This document shows positions 27,675 through 37,536 of a stretch of DNA of 64,000 bases, one piece after another; position 1 is the first letter of the stretch; every line of letters begins with the position of its first letter. The stretch comes from Clostridia bacterium (GTDB lineage Bacteria; Bacillota; Clostridia; UBA1381). Position numbers and translations under genes: made by a program. The notes below the pieces were generated by a model. The model saw only the letters and a program-made list of their open reading frames with translations, made no database searches and was not told where the DNA came from. The stretch lies in the NCBI GenBank assembly GCA_045603125.1, contig JAZULN010000021.1, positions 106 through 64,105 of the forward strand, in the 5' to 3' direction.

Positions 27675-28295
27675 ATGGAAAACTATACATTTAATAATAG
27701 TGCTGAAATCTGGGGGCGTGTCGGTGGGGATTTTGAGTTTAGTCATGAAATTTACGGTGAGAAATTTTATATCTTCACTCTTGACGTCCCAAGACTTTCA
27801 GGGACTTTTGATAAGATAAAGGTTATGATTTCGGAAAGACTTATCCCTGAGGGAGAACTAGAAGATGGAGAAATTTTAAAGGTTATAGGACAGTTTCGGT
27901 CATATAACAGCTTTGAAAATGGTACAAATAGACTTATCCTTACGGTTTTTGCCAGGGACATCATAAAAGATGCCCCTGAGGAGGATAACCCGAATAGCAT
28001 TTATCTAAACGGGTACATATGTAAGGAGCCAATCTACCGGACCACGCCCTTTGGCAGGGAAATCACCGATATGCTTTTGGCGGTAAACAGAACCTATAAC
28101 AAATCCGATTATATTCCGGTTATTGCCTGGGGTAGAAATGCCAGGTTCTGCCAAAATCTCGGGGTAGGTGAGAATGTAAGGATCTGGGGCAGGATTCAGT
28201 CAAGAGATTATCAGAAAAAGCTTGATGATGATACAGTAATTACTAAAACCGCCTATGAGGTGTCGATTAGTAAGCTAGAGGTTGGGGAAAATTAA
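27675..28295 (+). CDS. SSB-like protein with two OB-fold-like halves and no acidic C-terminal tail
   Basis: The C-terminal half (IPVIAWGRNARFCQNLGVGENVRIWGRIQSRDYQKK) looks like an SSB OB fold. The N-terminal half is more divergent. Confidence 0.5.
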   Translation: MENYTFNNSAEIWGRVGGDFEFSHEIYGEKFYIFTLDVPRLSGTFDKIKVMISERLIPEGELEDGEILKVIGQFRSYNSFENGTNRLILTVFARDIIKDAPEEDNPNSIYLNGYICKEPIYRTTPFGREITDMLLAVNRTYNKSDYIPVIAWGRNARFCQNLGVGENVRIWGRIQSRDYQKKLDDDTVITKTAYEVSISKLEVGEN

Positions 28296-28325
28296 AAAGG
28301 AGTCCGCTTTAGCGGACTCCTTTTT
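28294..28325. terminator. Bidirectional terminator between the SSB-like gene and ldh
   Basis: AAAAAGGAGTCCGC-TTTA-GCGGACTCCTTTTT. Confidence 0.8.
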
Positions 28326-28330
28326 AATTT

Positions 28331-29275
28331 TTATAGCCCCATCTCACGAATCTGCTCTTTTAAAACATCTGCCGAGTTTCTTAAGCCCTTCATCTCTTCC
28401 CGGCTAAAGGGGACTTCTAATATTTTTTCTATTCCTTCACCGCCGACCTTTGTAGGTACAGACAATGCAACGTCTTCTAAACCGTATTCACCCTCAAAGA
28501 TACTGGAAACTGTAAGAATTGAATTTTCGTCACCTGCTATACATTCAACTATCCTTGCAACAGCCACGGCAATTGCATAGTATGTGGCACCCTTCTTTTT
28601 TATGATTTCATATGCCGAGTTTTTGACTTCTTCATACATTTGGTTTAAGTCGTCCAAGTTGCATTTTCCGGTGTAGCGGCAAAATTCGTGCATGGAAAGT
28701 CCGCCGATGTTGGTGATGCTCCATGCTGCGACCTCGCTGTCGCCGTGTTCACCTATTATATAGGTATGGCAGTTTCTGGCATCTATCCCTGTTTTCTTAC
28801 TTATTAAATATTTGAGTCGGGCAGTATCCAAAACCGTGCCGGAGCCGAGAATCTGATTTTTGGGAAGCCCCGATATCTTAAAGGTTGCATAGGTTAAGAT
28901 GTCCACAGGGTTTGTGACGGTAAGAAGAATTAAATCGTCGCTTGCAAATTTCATTACATTCTCGGTCACCGACTTTATAACCGACACGTTCCGCTTTAGA
29001 AGGTCAAGGCGGGTTTCGTCGGGCTTTTGTTGGGAAACTCCGGCGGTAATTATCACAATATCTGCATCTTTACAGTCGGAATAATCCCCGGCATAGACCT
29101 TGACCGGTTTTACCAAAGACACTCCGTGGGCGATATCTAAGGCATCACCCTCCGCCTTTTCTTTTTGAATATCGATTATTACAATCTCTGAAAAAAGTCC
29201 GCCGAGCATTATGGTAAAGGCGGTGGTCGACCCGACAAAGCCGTCGCCTACAATTACTAGTTTTCCTCTGAACAT
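28331..29275 (-). CDS. ldh: L-lactate dehydrogenase
   Basis: NAD-binding KLVIVGDGFVGST, the IGEHGDSE active-site loop, and a length of 314 aa. Confidence 0.9.
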   Translation of the reverse strand: MFRGKLVIVGDGFVGSTTAFTIMLGGLFSEIVIIDIQKEKAEGDALDIAHGVSLVKPVKVYAGDYSDCKDADIVIITAGVSQQKPDETRLDLLKRNVSVIKSVTENVMKFASDDLILLTVTNPVDILTYATFKISGLPKNQILGSGTVLDTARLKYLISKKTGIDARNCHTYIIGEHGDSEVAAWSITNIGGLSMHEFCRYTGKCNLDDLNQMYEEVKNSAYEIIKKKGATYYAIAVAVARIVECIAGDENSILTVSSIFEGEYGLEDVALSVPTKVGGEGIEKILEVPFSREEMKGLRNSADVLKEQIREMGL

Positions 29276-29327
29276 TTTTTAACCTCCAAAAGTTTGATTT
29301 TATCTATCTTTCCCCAAAAATTTTAAT

Positions 29328-30944
29328 TTAACTCTTTCTTTTTAAAAAAGACAGGCTGCCGTCGGGAGATAGCATAGAAAGGGTCAGGATATATGCCAAA
29401 AATCCGGAAAATGCACTAAACACGAGGGCAATAAAGCGGAATTTAAATATGTATTCTAATGGAAGTAAGGTTAGTTTTATTACAATAAACATAGGGATTG
29501 CCGAAAGGATTATCGAAAAAATCTCCCTTTTTTGAAACTTAATCCCTAATGTTTTTTTAAGAAGCAAGCCTTCAGAAATCATAATTATAAAAAAGGCTAA
29601 ATTTGAGCTGATTATTGCACCATAGATATTAAGATAGGGGATTTTGATTAAAATTAGGTTTCCCAAAAGCTTAATTCCGATGCCTAAAAGGTTTATAAAA
29701 AATGGTTCAAAAACCCTTCCCGCCGAATGGAAAATGGAGGTAAAAATCTGAGAAAGGCTCAAAAAAATCAGACAAGGGGAAATTAGTGTTAACATCTTTG
29801 CTGAGGCGGTGTTGTGAAAAAGAAGATGTAAAATACTCTCAGATGAGGTCATAAAAAGCACCGCCGCCGGCACTGAAAATGTGAGGGAAAGGTTTATTGC
29901 TGTCTTAGAATTTTTGCGGACTGATGCCATATCACCCCGGGCTATGCCGCCGGCAATTAAGGGGAGAATTGTGACAGATAGTGTGGCAATCATACCCAAT
30001 GGCAGATGGAATACCGTGAGGGCATAGCCGGAATACGCGCCGTAGAGCCAACGTGCCCCTTCGCCTGACAGTTTCAGGGTGTGCTGTAGGTTATCAAAAA
30101 GGGTGGTGTAGCTTGAAAAGTCAAGCAGGAAGGCTCGGGCACTCGTTGGGTTAAAGCGTATATTTAAAAGCTGATTTCGAATCAGGGCAGTGTCTAAAAT
30201 ATTTAAGGCGGATAGGGCGGTCTGGGATATAAATAATGGAAGTGCCACCGCCATTATCGATGAATATATGGTTTTATAGGACTTGTCGGGGATTATGGTT
30301 TTGGGGGTAGTTTTTTTATAAAAAAGATATATTAAACCTAAAAGAAGGGTTGCTAAAATCTCGCCGGTGGTGACCCCGAAGATTGCGGCACCTGTTTTGA
30401 TGCTCACCTGTTGGTTTATAAATAAAACCGCTAAAATAAATCCTACAAGGAGCCGCACCAGGGATTCCACCACCTGTATAACTGCGGTTGGAATAAGAGT
30501 TTTTGAGCCTTGAAAATAGCTTTTATATGCATTTCCCCAGGCTACAAAAAATATGGCGGGGGATATGATTTTTATGGATATTTCAGCACTCGGGTCCTTC
30601 ATTGCAAAGGCTAAAGGCTTTGCCAAAAAGTAAAGAATTAGGGAGGATAGCCCGCCGATTGCCATAAGAAGCCATTTTGAAAATCTGACGGTCTTTAGGG
30701 CGTCGGCCGGCTTTTTTAGTGCCATATCCTGAGAAATAAGCCGGGATGTTGCAAGGGGGATTCCTGATATTACGAGGGTTAAAAACATGGAATATACCGA
30801 GGATGCGGTGGAGTAGATAGCCATTCCTTCCTCTTTTAATATGTATGTTAAAGGGATTTTAAAGAGAGCTCCGAGGATTTTTGAAATTACGTTTGCGATT
30901 ATAAGAATTAAGCTTGCCTTAAAAAAACTGTTATCTTCTTTCAT
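29328..30944 (-). CDS. MOP-superfamily flippase (YabM/SpoVB-like polysaccharide or lipid II exporter)
   Basis: 538 aa, about 14 TM segments. Located next to mazG, as yabM is in Bacillus. Confidence 0.7.
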   Translation of the reverse strand: MKEDNSFFKASLILIIANVISKILGALFKIPLTYILKEEGMAIYSTASSVYSMFLTLVISGIPLATSRLISQDMALKKPADALKTVRFSKWLLMAIGGLSSLILYFLAKPLAFAMKDPSAEISIKIISPAIFFVAWGNAYKSYFQGSKTLIPTAVIQVVESLVRLLVGFILAVLFINQQVSIKTGAAIFGVTTGEILATLLLGLIYLFYKKTTPKTIIPDKSYKTIYSSIMAVALPLFISQTALSALNILDTALIRNQLLNIRFNPTSARAFLLDFSSYTTLFDNLQHTLKLSGEGARWLYGAYSGYALTVFHLPLGMIATLSVTILPLIAGGIARGDMASVRKNSKTAINLSLTFSVPAAVLFMTSSESILHLLFHNTASAKMLTLISPCLIFLSLSQIFTSIFHSAGRVFEPFFINLLGIGIKLLGNLILIKIPYLNIYGAIISSNLAFFIIMISEGLLLKKTLGIKFQKREIFSIILSAIPMFIVIKLTLLPLEYIFKFRFIALVFSAFSGFLAYILTLSMLSPDGSLSFLKRKS

Positions 30945-31036
30945 TTTTTACCGCCTTTTAAAATTTTTCTTGTTATAACAATTTATTTGTGATATACTTC
31001 AATTATGAATACAAGAGGTTTAAAAGGAGAATAAAT

Positions 31037-31822
31037 ATGGACATAAAAGAAAAATATACAATAGATGATTTATTAGAGATTGTCACAACTTTAAGAGCTC
31101 CCGGTGGTTGTCCATGGGACAGAGCCCAGACCCATGACACTATAAAAAAGAGCATGATTGAAGAGGTTTATGAAACAATTGATGCTATTGATAATAACGA
31201 CGATAAGATGTTTGCGAATGAGCTTGGGGACCTGCTTTTACAGATAGTTTTACATGCGGTTATTGCCAAAGAAAGAGATGCTTTTGATTTTTCGGTTATA
31301 TTAAAAGAAATTTGTGATAAACTAATTACCAGACACACCCATGTTTTTGGTAATGTTAAGGCAAAGGATGAAAAGGATGCCCTTAAGACCTGGGAAGAGA
31401 ATAAGAAAAAGGAAAAGGGTCAAAAAAGCTACAGCGAAATAATCAGCGATATCCCCAAAGGCTTGCCGGCTTTAATGAATGCCCAGAAGGTTCAGAAAAA
31501 GGCAAAGTCAAGCGGGTTTGACTGGACAAATACCGAGGATGTGTTTGAAAAGTTAAGAGAGGAAATAGATGAGCTTGAGGAGGCATATAACAGTGAAGGG
31601 GCGGATAGGATAAAGGAAGAGTATGGGGATGTACTCTTTTCAATGGTAAATCTTGGGAGGTTTTTGGAGGTGGATTCCGAAACTGAGCTTTTGAGGGCAA
31701 CAAAAAAATTCACCGAAAGATTTATAAAAATGGAGAATATGGCAAAGGATAAAAATACAAATCTAGACCAATTATCGCTTATGGAAATGAATAAATTGTG
31801 GGAAAAAGCCAAAGAAAAGTGA
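31037..31822 (+). CDS. mazG: MazG-family nucleoside triphosphate pyrophosphohydrolase (tandem MazG domains)
   Basis: PGGCPWDRAQTH, and EExYEtxDAI repeated in the second half as EExDELEEA. AAGGAG RBS before the ATG at 31037. Confidence 0.85.
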   Translation: MDIKEKYTIDDLLEIVTTLRAPGGCPWDRAQTHDTIKKSMIEEVYETIDAIDNNDDKMFANELGDLLLQIVLHAVIAKERDAFDFSVILKEICDKLITRHTHVFGNVKAKDEKDALKTWEENKKKEKGQKSYSEIISDIPKGLPALMNAQKVQKKAKSSGFDWTNTEDVFEKLREEIDELEEAYNSEGADRIKEEYGDVLFSMVNLGRFLEVDSETELLRATKKFTERFIKMENMAKDKNTNLDQLSLMEMNKLWEKAKEK

Positions 31823-31861
31823 TAAATTTTAAATATTTTGTGAAAAATTATAAAAATACTC

Positions 31862-31890
31862 TTGACAAAAGAAAAAAATTTATATAAAAT
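31862..31890 (+). promoter_or_regulatory. Sigma-A promoter for hup
   Basis: TTGACA, 17 nt, TAAAAT. Confidence 0.6.
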
Positions 31891-31944
31891 AGATGCAAGT
31901 GGGAAATAAAACCCAAATATAGTTTAACTTAGGAGGATAAAGTT

Positions 31945-32220
31945 ATGAACAAGTCAGAATTAATCGCATCTGTTGCAGAACAAGCTGCATTATCAAAGAA
32001 GGATGCAGAAAAGGCAATAAACGCTGTTGTTGAAACAATCTCTGGTGCTTTGGCAGAAGGTGAAAAGATCCAACTTATGGGATTCGGTACATTCGAAGTT
32101 AGAGCAAGAGAAGCAAGAACAGGTAAGAACCCAAGAACTGGCGAAACAATCAAGATCTCTGCTTCAAAAGTTCCTGCTTTCAAGGCTGGTCAAGCATTAA
32201 AGAACGCTGTTAACAAATAA
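31945..32220 (+). CDS. hup: HU-family DNA-binding protein
   Basis: [29 protein letters not shown]...GRNPRTGE; 91 aa. Confidence 0.95.
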   Translation: MNKSELIASVAEQAALSKKDAEKAINAVVETISGALAEGEKIQLMGFGTFEVRAREARTGKNPRTGETIKISASKVPAFKAGQALKNAVNK

Positions 32221-32235
32221 TTTTTAGCAGAGTGA

Positions 32236-32271
32236 AAAGGACTTCTCTTTTAAAAGAAGTCCTTTATTTTT
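32236..32271 (+). terminator. hup terminator
   Basis: AAGGACTTCT-CTTTTAAA-AGAAGTCCTT followed by a T-run. Confidence 0.8.
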
Positions 32272-32289
32272 TATAAAAAGGAGAAATTT

Positions 32290-32532
32290 ATGCGTTTAGA
32301 TAAATATTTGAAGGTTTCAAGGCTTATAAAAAGACGCACTATTGCAAATGAGGCTTGCGATGCTGGAAGGATTTCGGTAAACGGTAAGGTGGCAAAGGCA
32401 TCTTACGATGTTAAGGTGGGCGATGTGATTGAGGTTCAACTTGGTGAAAAGCTGCTTCGGGCAGAGGTACTGCAGGTTTTGGAACATGCTCTTAAAAACG
32501 ATGCGGTTTTGATGTATAAAATACTGTCATAA
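32290..32532 (+). CDS. yabO: S4-domain RNA-binding protein (YabO-like)
   Basis: MRLDKYLKVSRLIKRRT...GRISVNGK S4 motif; 80 aa. Confidence 0.85.
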   Translation: MRLDKYLKVSRLIKRRTIANEACDAGRISVNGKVAKASYDVKVGDVIEVQLGEKLLRAEVLQVLEHALKNDAVLMYKILS

Positions 32533-32586
32533 TAAAGAACCTTCCGAATAAAATGATAAGGAAAACTTGATTCGGAGGGTTTAATA

Positions 32587-32886
32587 ATGGTTATAGACGA
32601 AAAAAGAGCAAAAATTTCGGAGGAGAGAAAACCAAACCATAAGCTTATAATGGAGGATAGGGCGCGGCTTACCATTGGCGGAGTGGAGAATGTGGAGAGC
32701 TTTTCCGACTGTTTGGTTTTACTCGACACTTCTATGGGAAGATTAGCTATAAAGGGTGAAAATCTTCATATAAATAAGCTTGATGTCACGGGTGGAGACT
32801 TTTCTTTAGATGGAAAAGTTAACTCCTTAGAATACCAGAAAAAGTCGGGTAAAAAAGGCGGATTTTTAGAAAATCTTTTCAAGTAG
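32587..32886 (+). CDS. yabP: Sporulation protein YabP
   Basis: HKLIMEDRARLTIGGVENVESFSD...LAIKGENLHI is typical of YabP. Confidence 0.85.
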   Translation: MVIDEKRAKISEERKPNHKLIMEDRARLTIGGVENVESFSDCLVLLDTSMGRLAIKGENLHINKLDVTGGDFSLDGKVNSLEYQKKSGKKGGFLENLFK

Positions 32887-32898
32887 AGAGGATTTAAG

Positions 32899-33510
32899 AT
32901 GAAACCTATTTTATCAAAAGAGCTTTTGGCCTTTTTTGCAATGGTGGGGCTAGGGGGTCTGATTGGTGTGATTTTTGACCTTTTAAGGGCATTTAGAAAA
33001 ATTATAAAGAGGGATTTTTTTGTCCACATAACCGACATAATTTTCTGGGTTTCCGCATTTTTTGTAACGGTTATAACTCTCTATCTTTTTTTAGATGGGG
33101 AGTTAAGATTTTTTTTGGTGATTTCTGCGTTTTTGAGCATGATTTTATATTTTTTAATCCTCTCAAAATGGGTTAAATATCTTTTTTTAAAAGTTTTAGA
33201 ATTTTTTTTCGCGATTTTTAAATTTATTTTTAAAATACTCTTGACACCGCTTGAATTTTTGTATAAAATTCTATTGATAAGGACTTTTATAAAATTACGA
33301 AAATTTTTAGATAAATTGAAAAAAAAGAGAGGTTGTCATAATGAGGAGAATTCCTGCCGTAACGGTTTCTTTAATCGTTGCATTTTTACTGGTAAAAGGT
33401 ATTGTAAAGCAACCGGAAATAACAAACAACAAAGAAAAAATTCAAAATTTAAATATGGAAATAGCAGAACAACAGGAAAAGCTAAACGAGTTAGACGGTC
33501 TGATGGATAA
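32899..33510 (+). CDS. yabQ: Spore cortex biosynthesis protein YabQ (3' end doubtful)
   Basis: Hydrophobic YabQ-like N-terminal 140 aa. The C-terminal 60 aa are basic and low-complexity, and overlap divIC by 170 nt. See the finding on the A8 run. Confidence 0.7.
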   Translation: MKPILSKELLAFFAMVGLGGLIGVIFDLLRAFRKIIKRDFFVHITDIIFWVSAFFVTVITLYLFLDGELRFFLVISAFLSMILYFLILSKWVKYLFLKVLEFFFAIFKFIFKILLTPLEFLYKILLIRTFIKLRKFLDKLKKKRGCHNEENSCRNGFFNRCIFTGKRYCKATGNNKQQRKNSKFKYGNSRTTGKAKRVRRSDG

Positions 33511-33607
33511 AGTCGACACCGATGAGTACATAGAAAAAGTTGCAAGAGAAAAACTTGACCTTGTTAAGGAAAATGAAATCATCTTTATAGATGTTGCGTC
33601 AGAGTAA
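33341..33607 (+). CDS. divIC: Septum formation initiator (DivIC/FtsB family)
   Basis: Single TM segment plus a coiled coil (NLNMEIAEQQEKLNEL), then the conserved EKVAREKLDLVKENE. Confidence 0.85.
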   Translation: MRRIPAVTVSLIVAFLLVKGIVKQPEITNNKEKIQNLNMEIAEQQEKLNELDGLMDKVDTDEYIEKVAREKLDLVKENEIIFIDVASE

Positions 33608-33648
33608 TATACAAAAATTTATCCCCTGAGGAGGAAAAGAAGGATAAA

Positions 33649-34095
33649 ATGGCAATCGAGGTTGGAAACATATTAGAAGGTAAAATTGTAAATGTCATGC
33701 CTTTTGGTGCTTTTGTGGCACTCCCTGAAGACAAGACAGGTCTTGTACATATTTCGGAGATTTCGTCAGAATATGTGGAGGACATAAACACCTGCATAAA
33801 ACGCGGCGATGTGGTGAAGGTTAAGGTTATAAAGATTGAAGACACAGGGAAAATCAGTCTTTCAATTAAAAAGGCAGAAGAGAAAAAGCGCGAGAAGAAA
33901 AAGGAAGAAAAACCTCAAAAACCGGCCATTATAAGACCGGCTGACATTGATTGGTCAAGAAAAGATGAAGATTTATCTTTTGAAGATAAACTGAGTAAAT
34001 TCAAGCAAGACAGTGATGAAAAGATGCTGTCACTAAAGCGTAGTAACGAGTCCAAGCGTTCGGGTGGCTACAAAAGAGGCGGAAGTTCATACTAA
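33649..34095 (+). CDS. yabR: S1 RNA-binding domain protein (YabR-like)
   Basis: VGNILEGKIVNVMPFGAFVAL...GLVHISE S1 motif with a basic tail. Confidence 0.85.
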   Translation: MAIEVGNILEGKIVNVMPFGAFVALPEDKTGLVHISEISSEYVEDINTCIKRGDVVKVKVIKIEDTGKISLSIKKAEEKKREKKKEEKPQKPAIIRPADIDWSRKDEDLSFEDKLSKFKQDSDEKMLSLKRSNESKRSGGYKRGGSSY

Positions 34096-34101
34096 AATAT
34101 T

Positions 34102-34126
34102 AAGGAGGATTCGTTCCTCCTTTTTT
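34102..34126 (+). terminator. yabR terminator
   Basis: AAGGAGGA-TTCGT-TCCTCCTT followed by a T-run. Confidence 0.75.
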
Positions 34127-34164
34127 GTCATTTTACTGTGGAAAAAGAAAAAAGAGGTGCAAAA

Positions 34165-35637
34165 ATGAGAAAAATAAATCTTACAATGCTAACAGATTTT
34201 TATGAGTTTACCATGTCAAACGGTTTTTTCAATGAAGGGTATGGAGAAAAAATCGCGTATTTTGATATGTTTTTTAGGTCAAACCCAGATAACGGTGGGT
34301 TTTCTATAATGGCAGGAGTCGAGCAGATTGTTGAATATATAAAGGATCTGGAGTTTGGACCTGAGGAGATTGAATATCTTGAGAGTAAGAAAATCTTTAG
34401 TGAGGAATTTATAGAATATTTAAGAAATTTCAAGTTCTCGTGCGACGTATGGGCAATCCCTGAGGGAACACCAATATTCCCGGGTGAGCCTATTGTTGTT
34501 GTAAGAGGCCCTGTCGTTCAGGCTCAATTCTTAGAAACTATGATACTTCTTACCATCAACCATCAAAGCCTGATTGCCACAAAGGCCAATAGAATTGTAA
34601 GAGCGGCTGGTGGACGCCCTGTTATGGAATTTGGCTCACGCCGTGCCCAAGGCTATGATGCGGCAATTTTAGGGGCAAGAGCTGCCTTTATCGGCGGATG
34701 TGCCGGAACCGCATGTGTATCTGCTGATTTAGAATATGGTGTGCCGGCACTTGGCACTATGGCACACAGTTGGGTTCAGTTATTTGATACAGAATACGAC
34801 GCATTTTTAGCTTATGCAAAAAATTATCCCGACAACTGTACTCTACTTGTCGATACCTATAACGTCTTAAAGTCGGGTGTACCGAATGCGATAAAGGTAT
34901 TTAATGAGTACCTTGTCCCGAGAGGTTATAGACCAAAGGGCATTAGAATCGACAGTGGTGACATTACCTATCTATCTAAAAAATGCAGAAAGATGTTAGA
35001 CGATGCAGGGTTCCCCGACTGTGGAATTGTTGCATCCAATTCACTTGACGAGTATCTGATAAGAGATACACTGGCACAAGGTGCGAAAATCGATTCCTTT
35101 GGTGTTGGCGAAAGACTTATAACCTCAAAATCTTCACCTGTTTTTGGCGGGGTATATAAGCTTGTGGCGGTTGAAGACGGCGATGGACAAATTATCCCGA
35201 AAATCAAGATAAGTGAGAATGTAGCAAAGATTACGACACCTGGATTTAAACAGGTATATAGACTTTATTCGAAGGAAAATTCGGCAGCGATTGCCGATGT
35301 TATAACCCTTTTTGACGAAGAGATGCCGGAGGGTGAATATGAGTTATTCGATCCGGAACATACATGGAAAAAGAAAAAGGTTAAGGATTTTTATGCACGT
35401 CCCCTTCTAAAACAGATTTTTAATAAGGGCGAGCTTGTTTATCAAAATCCGGAGCTTAAAGTCTTGAAGGAGTACTGTAAGATGGAAGTGGAAGGACTTT
35501 GGGAGGAAGTAAAGCGTTTTGAAAATCCGCACAAATACTATGTAGATATGTCGAAAAAGTTGTGGGAAATAAAGAACGATATGCTTGAGAAGTTCCAAAA
35601 CGGAGTTATAAATGGAAACAAAGATAGTCAAAATTGA
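34165..35637 (+). CDS. pncB: Nicotinate phosphoribosyltransferase
   Basis: LTMLTDFYEFTM N-terminus, plus MEFGSRRAQG and GTMAHSWVQ motifs. Confidence 0.9.
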   Translation: MRKINLTMLTDFYEFTMSNGFFNEGYGEKIAYFDMFFRSNPDNGGFSIMAGVEQIVEYIKDLEFGPEEIEYLESKKIFSEEFIEYLRNFKFSCDVWAIPEGTPIFPGEPIVVVRGPVVQAQFLETMILLTINHQSLIATKANRIVRAAGGRPVMEFGSRRAQGYDAAILGARAAFIGGCAGTACVSADLEYGVPALGTMAHSWVQLFDTEYDAFLAYAKNYPDNCTLLVDTYNVLKSGVPNAIKVFNEYLVPRGYRPKGIRIDSGDITYLSKKCRKMLDDAGFPDCGIVASNSLDEYLIRDTLAQGAKIDSFGVGERLITSKSSPVFGGVYKLVAVEDGDGQIIPKIKISENVAKITTPGFKQVYRLYSKENSAAIADVITLFDEEMPEGEYELFDPEHTWKKKKVKDFYARPLLKQIFNKGELVYQNPELKVLKEYCKMEVEGLWEEVKRFENPHKYYVDMSKKLWEIKNDMLEKFQNGVINGNKDSQN

Positions 35638-36640
35638 TGATAAAAATATAGATATCCGGGCGTTGGAGTGCCTTGGCAAAATCATAAGAGCCGGCGGCCT
35701 TGTGGCCTTTCCTACCGAAACGGTTTACGGGCTTGGGGCAGATGCTTTGAACGAAGATGCCGTTAAAAAAATTTTTGAAGCCAAAAATCGACCGGCAGAT
35801 AATCCGTTGATTGTTCATTTTTGTGAGATTTCGGACATTTCAGAGGTTGCACATTTAACCAACGCGGCAAAAAAGGTACTTGAAAAGTTTTCGCCGGGGC
35901 CTTTGACGGTTATTTTGAAAAAGAAGCCAACTGTCGGTAAAAATGTAACGGCAGAGCTAGATACTGTGGCGGTAAGAATACCGGAGAGTAAAACAGCCAG
36001 GGCGTTTATAAAGACAGCGGGCCGCCCCATTGCAGCACCTAGTGCCAACCTTTCAGGGAAACCCAGCCCGACCCGATTTGTGGATGTATTTGAGGATATG
36101 TCGGGTAGGATTGACGCAATAATTGATGGTGCTGACTGCTCGGTTGGGGTGGAATCTACCGTTTTGGATATGACAGGAGAAAAACCGGTAATTTTAAGAC
36201 CGGGTGGTGTGACGCTAAAGGAAATTCAAGCGATACTCCCTGATGCCGAGGTGGACAAGCATGTTTTAGAGGCAGTTTCAAAAGACGAAACTCCCAAAAG
36301 TCCCGGCATGAAATATAAACACTATGCACCTGATGCGGAGGTTTATGTTATAGAAGGGGACACTAAAAACACCAACGAAAAGATAAGAGAACTACTAGCG
36401 GAAAATAGAGATAAAAAGGTTGGGGTTTTCTCTCTTGGAGAGGACTTTTCTGCCGATTGTGTAATCTATGCCGGATGCGACAATAAAGAATATGCAAAAA
36501 ATCTATTTGCCGCACTAAGAGAGTTTGACCGCCGTGGTATGGATATTGTTTTTGCACAGTTTAAAAATGATGATGACTATGGTTTGGCGGTAAAAAACCG
36601 ATTATATAAATCGGCGGCAAACCGGGTTTTTAGAGTTTGA
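35612..36640 (+). CDS. tsaC: L-threonylcarbamoyladenylate synthase (Sua5/YwlC type with C-terminal Sua5 domain)
   Basis: GGLVAFPTETVYGLGADA, KIFEAKNRPADNPLIVH and SANLSGKPSPT motifs. Confidence 0.9.
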   Translation: METKIVKIDDKNIDIRALECLGKIIRAGGLVAFPTETVYGLGADALNEDAVKKIFEAKNRPADNPLIVHFCEISDISEVAHLTNAAKKVLEKFSPGPLTVILKKKPTVGKNVTAELDTVAVRIPESKTARAFIKTAGRPIAAPSANLSGKPSPTRFVDVFEDMSGRIDAIIDGADCSVGVESTVLDMTGEKPVILRPGGVTLKEIQAILPDAEVDKHVLEAVSKDETPKSPGMKYKHYAPDAEVYVIEGDTKNTNEKIRELLAENRDKKVGVFSLGEDFSADCVIYAGCDNKEYAKNLFAALREFDRRGMDIVFAQFKNDDDYGLAVKNRLYKSAANRVFRV

Positions 36641-36651
36641 GGAGAATATAG

Positions 36652-37083
36652 ATGAATATACTGTTTGTTTGTACTGGTAACACCTGCAGAAGTCCTATGG
36701 CGGCTGCCTTAATGAATAAGATTGCCGAGGACGAGGACTTGGATATTCGCATTGAGTCGGCAGGTATATTTGCAGAAGATGGCGAGCCGGCATCAACCGA
36801 GGCCATTGTTACCATGAAAAAATACGATATAGATCTTTTGGGGCATCATGCTCAACAGATAAATTCAGAGCTTATAGAAAAAAGCGATTTAATCCTTACA
36901 ATGACTGAGGGTCAAAAAATGTTATTTGCCGATGTAGCTGATAAAAAGGTATATACCGTTTGCGAATATGCCGGTGTTCCTGGCGACATTGACGACCCTT
37001 ATGGCGGAGATGTGGAAGAATATGAAGAAGTTGCCGAAATGTTATATCTTGCACTTCAGGCTATGGTGGAGAAATTAAGATGA
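36652..37083 (+). CDS. ywlE: Low-molecular-weight protein arginine/tyrosine phosphatase (YwlE-like)
   Basis: CTGNTCRSPMA P-loop and DPYG motif. Confidence 0.8.
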   Translation: MNILFVCTGNTCRSPMAAALMNKIAEDEDLDIRIESAGIFAEDGEPASTEAIVTMKKYDIDLLGHHAQQINSELIEKSDLILTMTEGQKMLFADVADKKVYTVCEYAGVPGDIDDPYGGDVEEYEEVAEMLYLALQAMVEKLR

Positions 37084-37523
37084 TATCGTTAAGATATATG
37101 AAAAAAGAGGACATCGACGGAGTTTTAACGGTTGAAAAAGAGTCCTTTTCAACCCCGTGGACCGAAAAGCTTTTTTATGATGAGGTTGAAAATCCAAGAA
37201 CTGTTTACTTTGTTGCCGTAACCGATAACGGAGAAATTGTGGGCTATGGTGGAATGTGGCACGTGGTCGATGAGGGACAGATAACCAACATCGCAGTTAA
37301 AAAGAATTGTAGAGGCGAGGGTGTAGGGTCAAAGATTCTTGAATCACTTATAAAGTGGGCGAAGGATAATGAAATTTTGGTAATACAGCTTGAGCTAAGA
37401 GAAGGAAATACTGCGGCTTTTGGACTATATAAAAAGTACGGTTTTTCCGTGGTTGGAAAGCGAAAGGACTACTATAAAAATCCGACAGAAGACGCAATCT
37501 TAATGGATTTAGCAGTAAACTAA
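37080..37523 (+). CDS. rimI: Ribosomal-protein-alanine N-acetyltransferase
   Basis: GNAT fold (ITNIAVKKNCRGEGVGSKIL). Immediately upstream of tsaD. Confidence 0.8.
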   Translation: MISLRYMKKEDIDGVLTVEKESFSTPWTEKLFYDEVENPRTVYFVAVTDNGEIVGYGGMWHVVDEGQITNIAVKKNCRGEGVGSKILESLIKWAKDNEILVIQLELREGNTAAFGLYKKYGFSVVGKRKDYYKNPTEDAILMDLAVN

Positions 37524-37536
37524 AGTGAGGTTTTAA

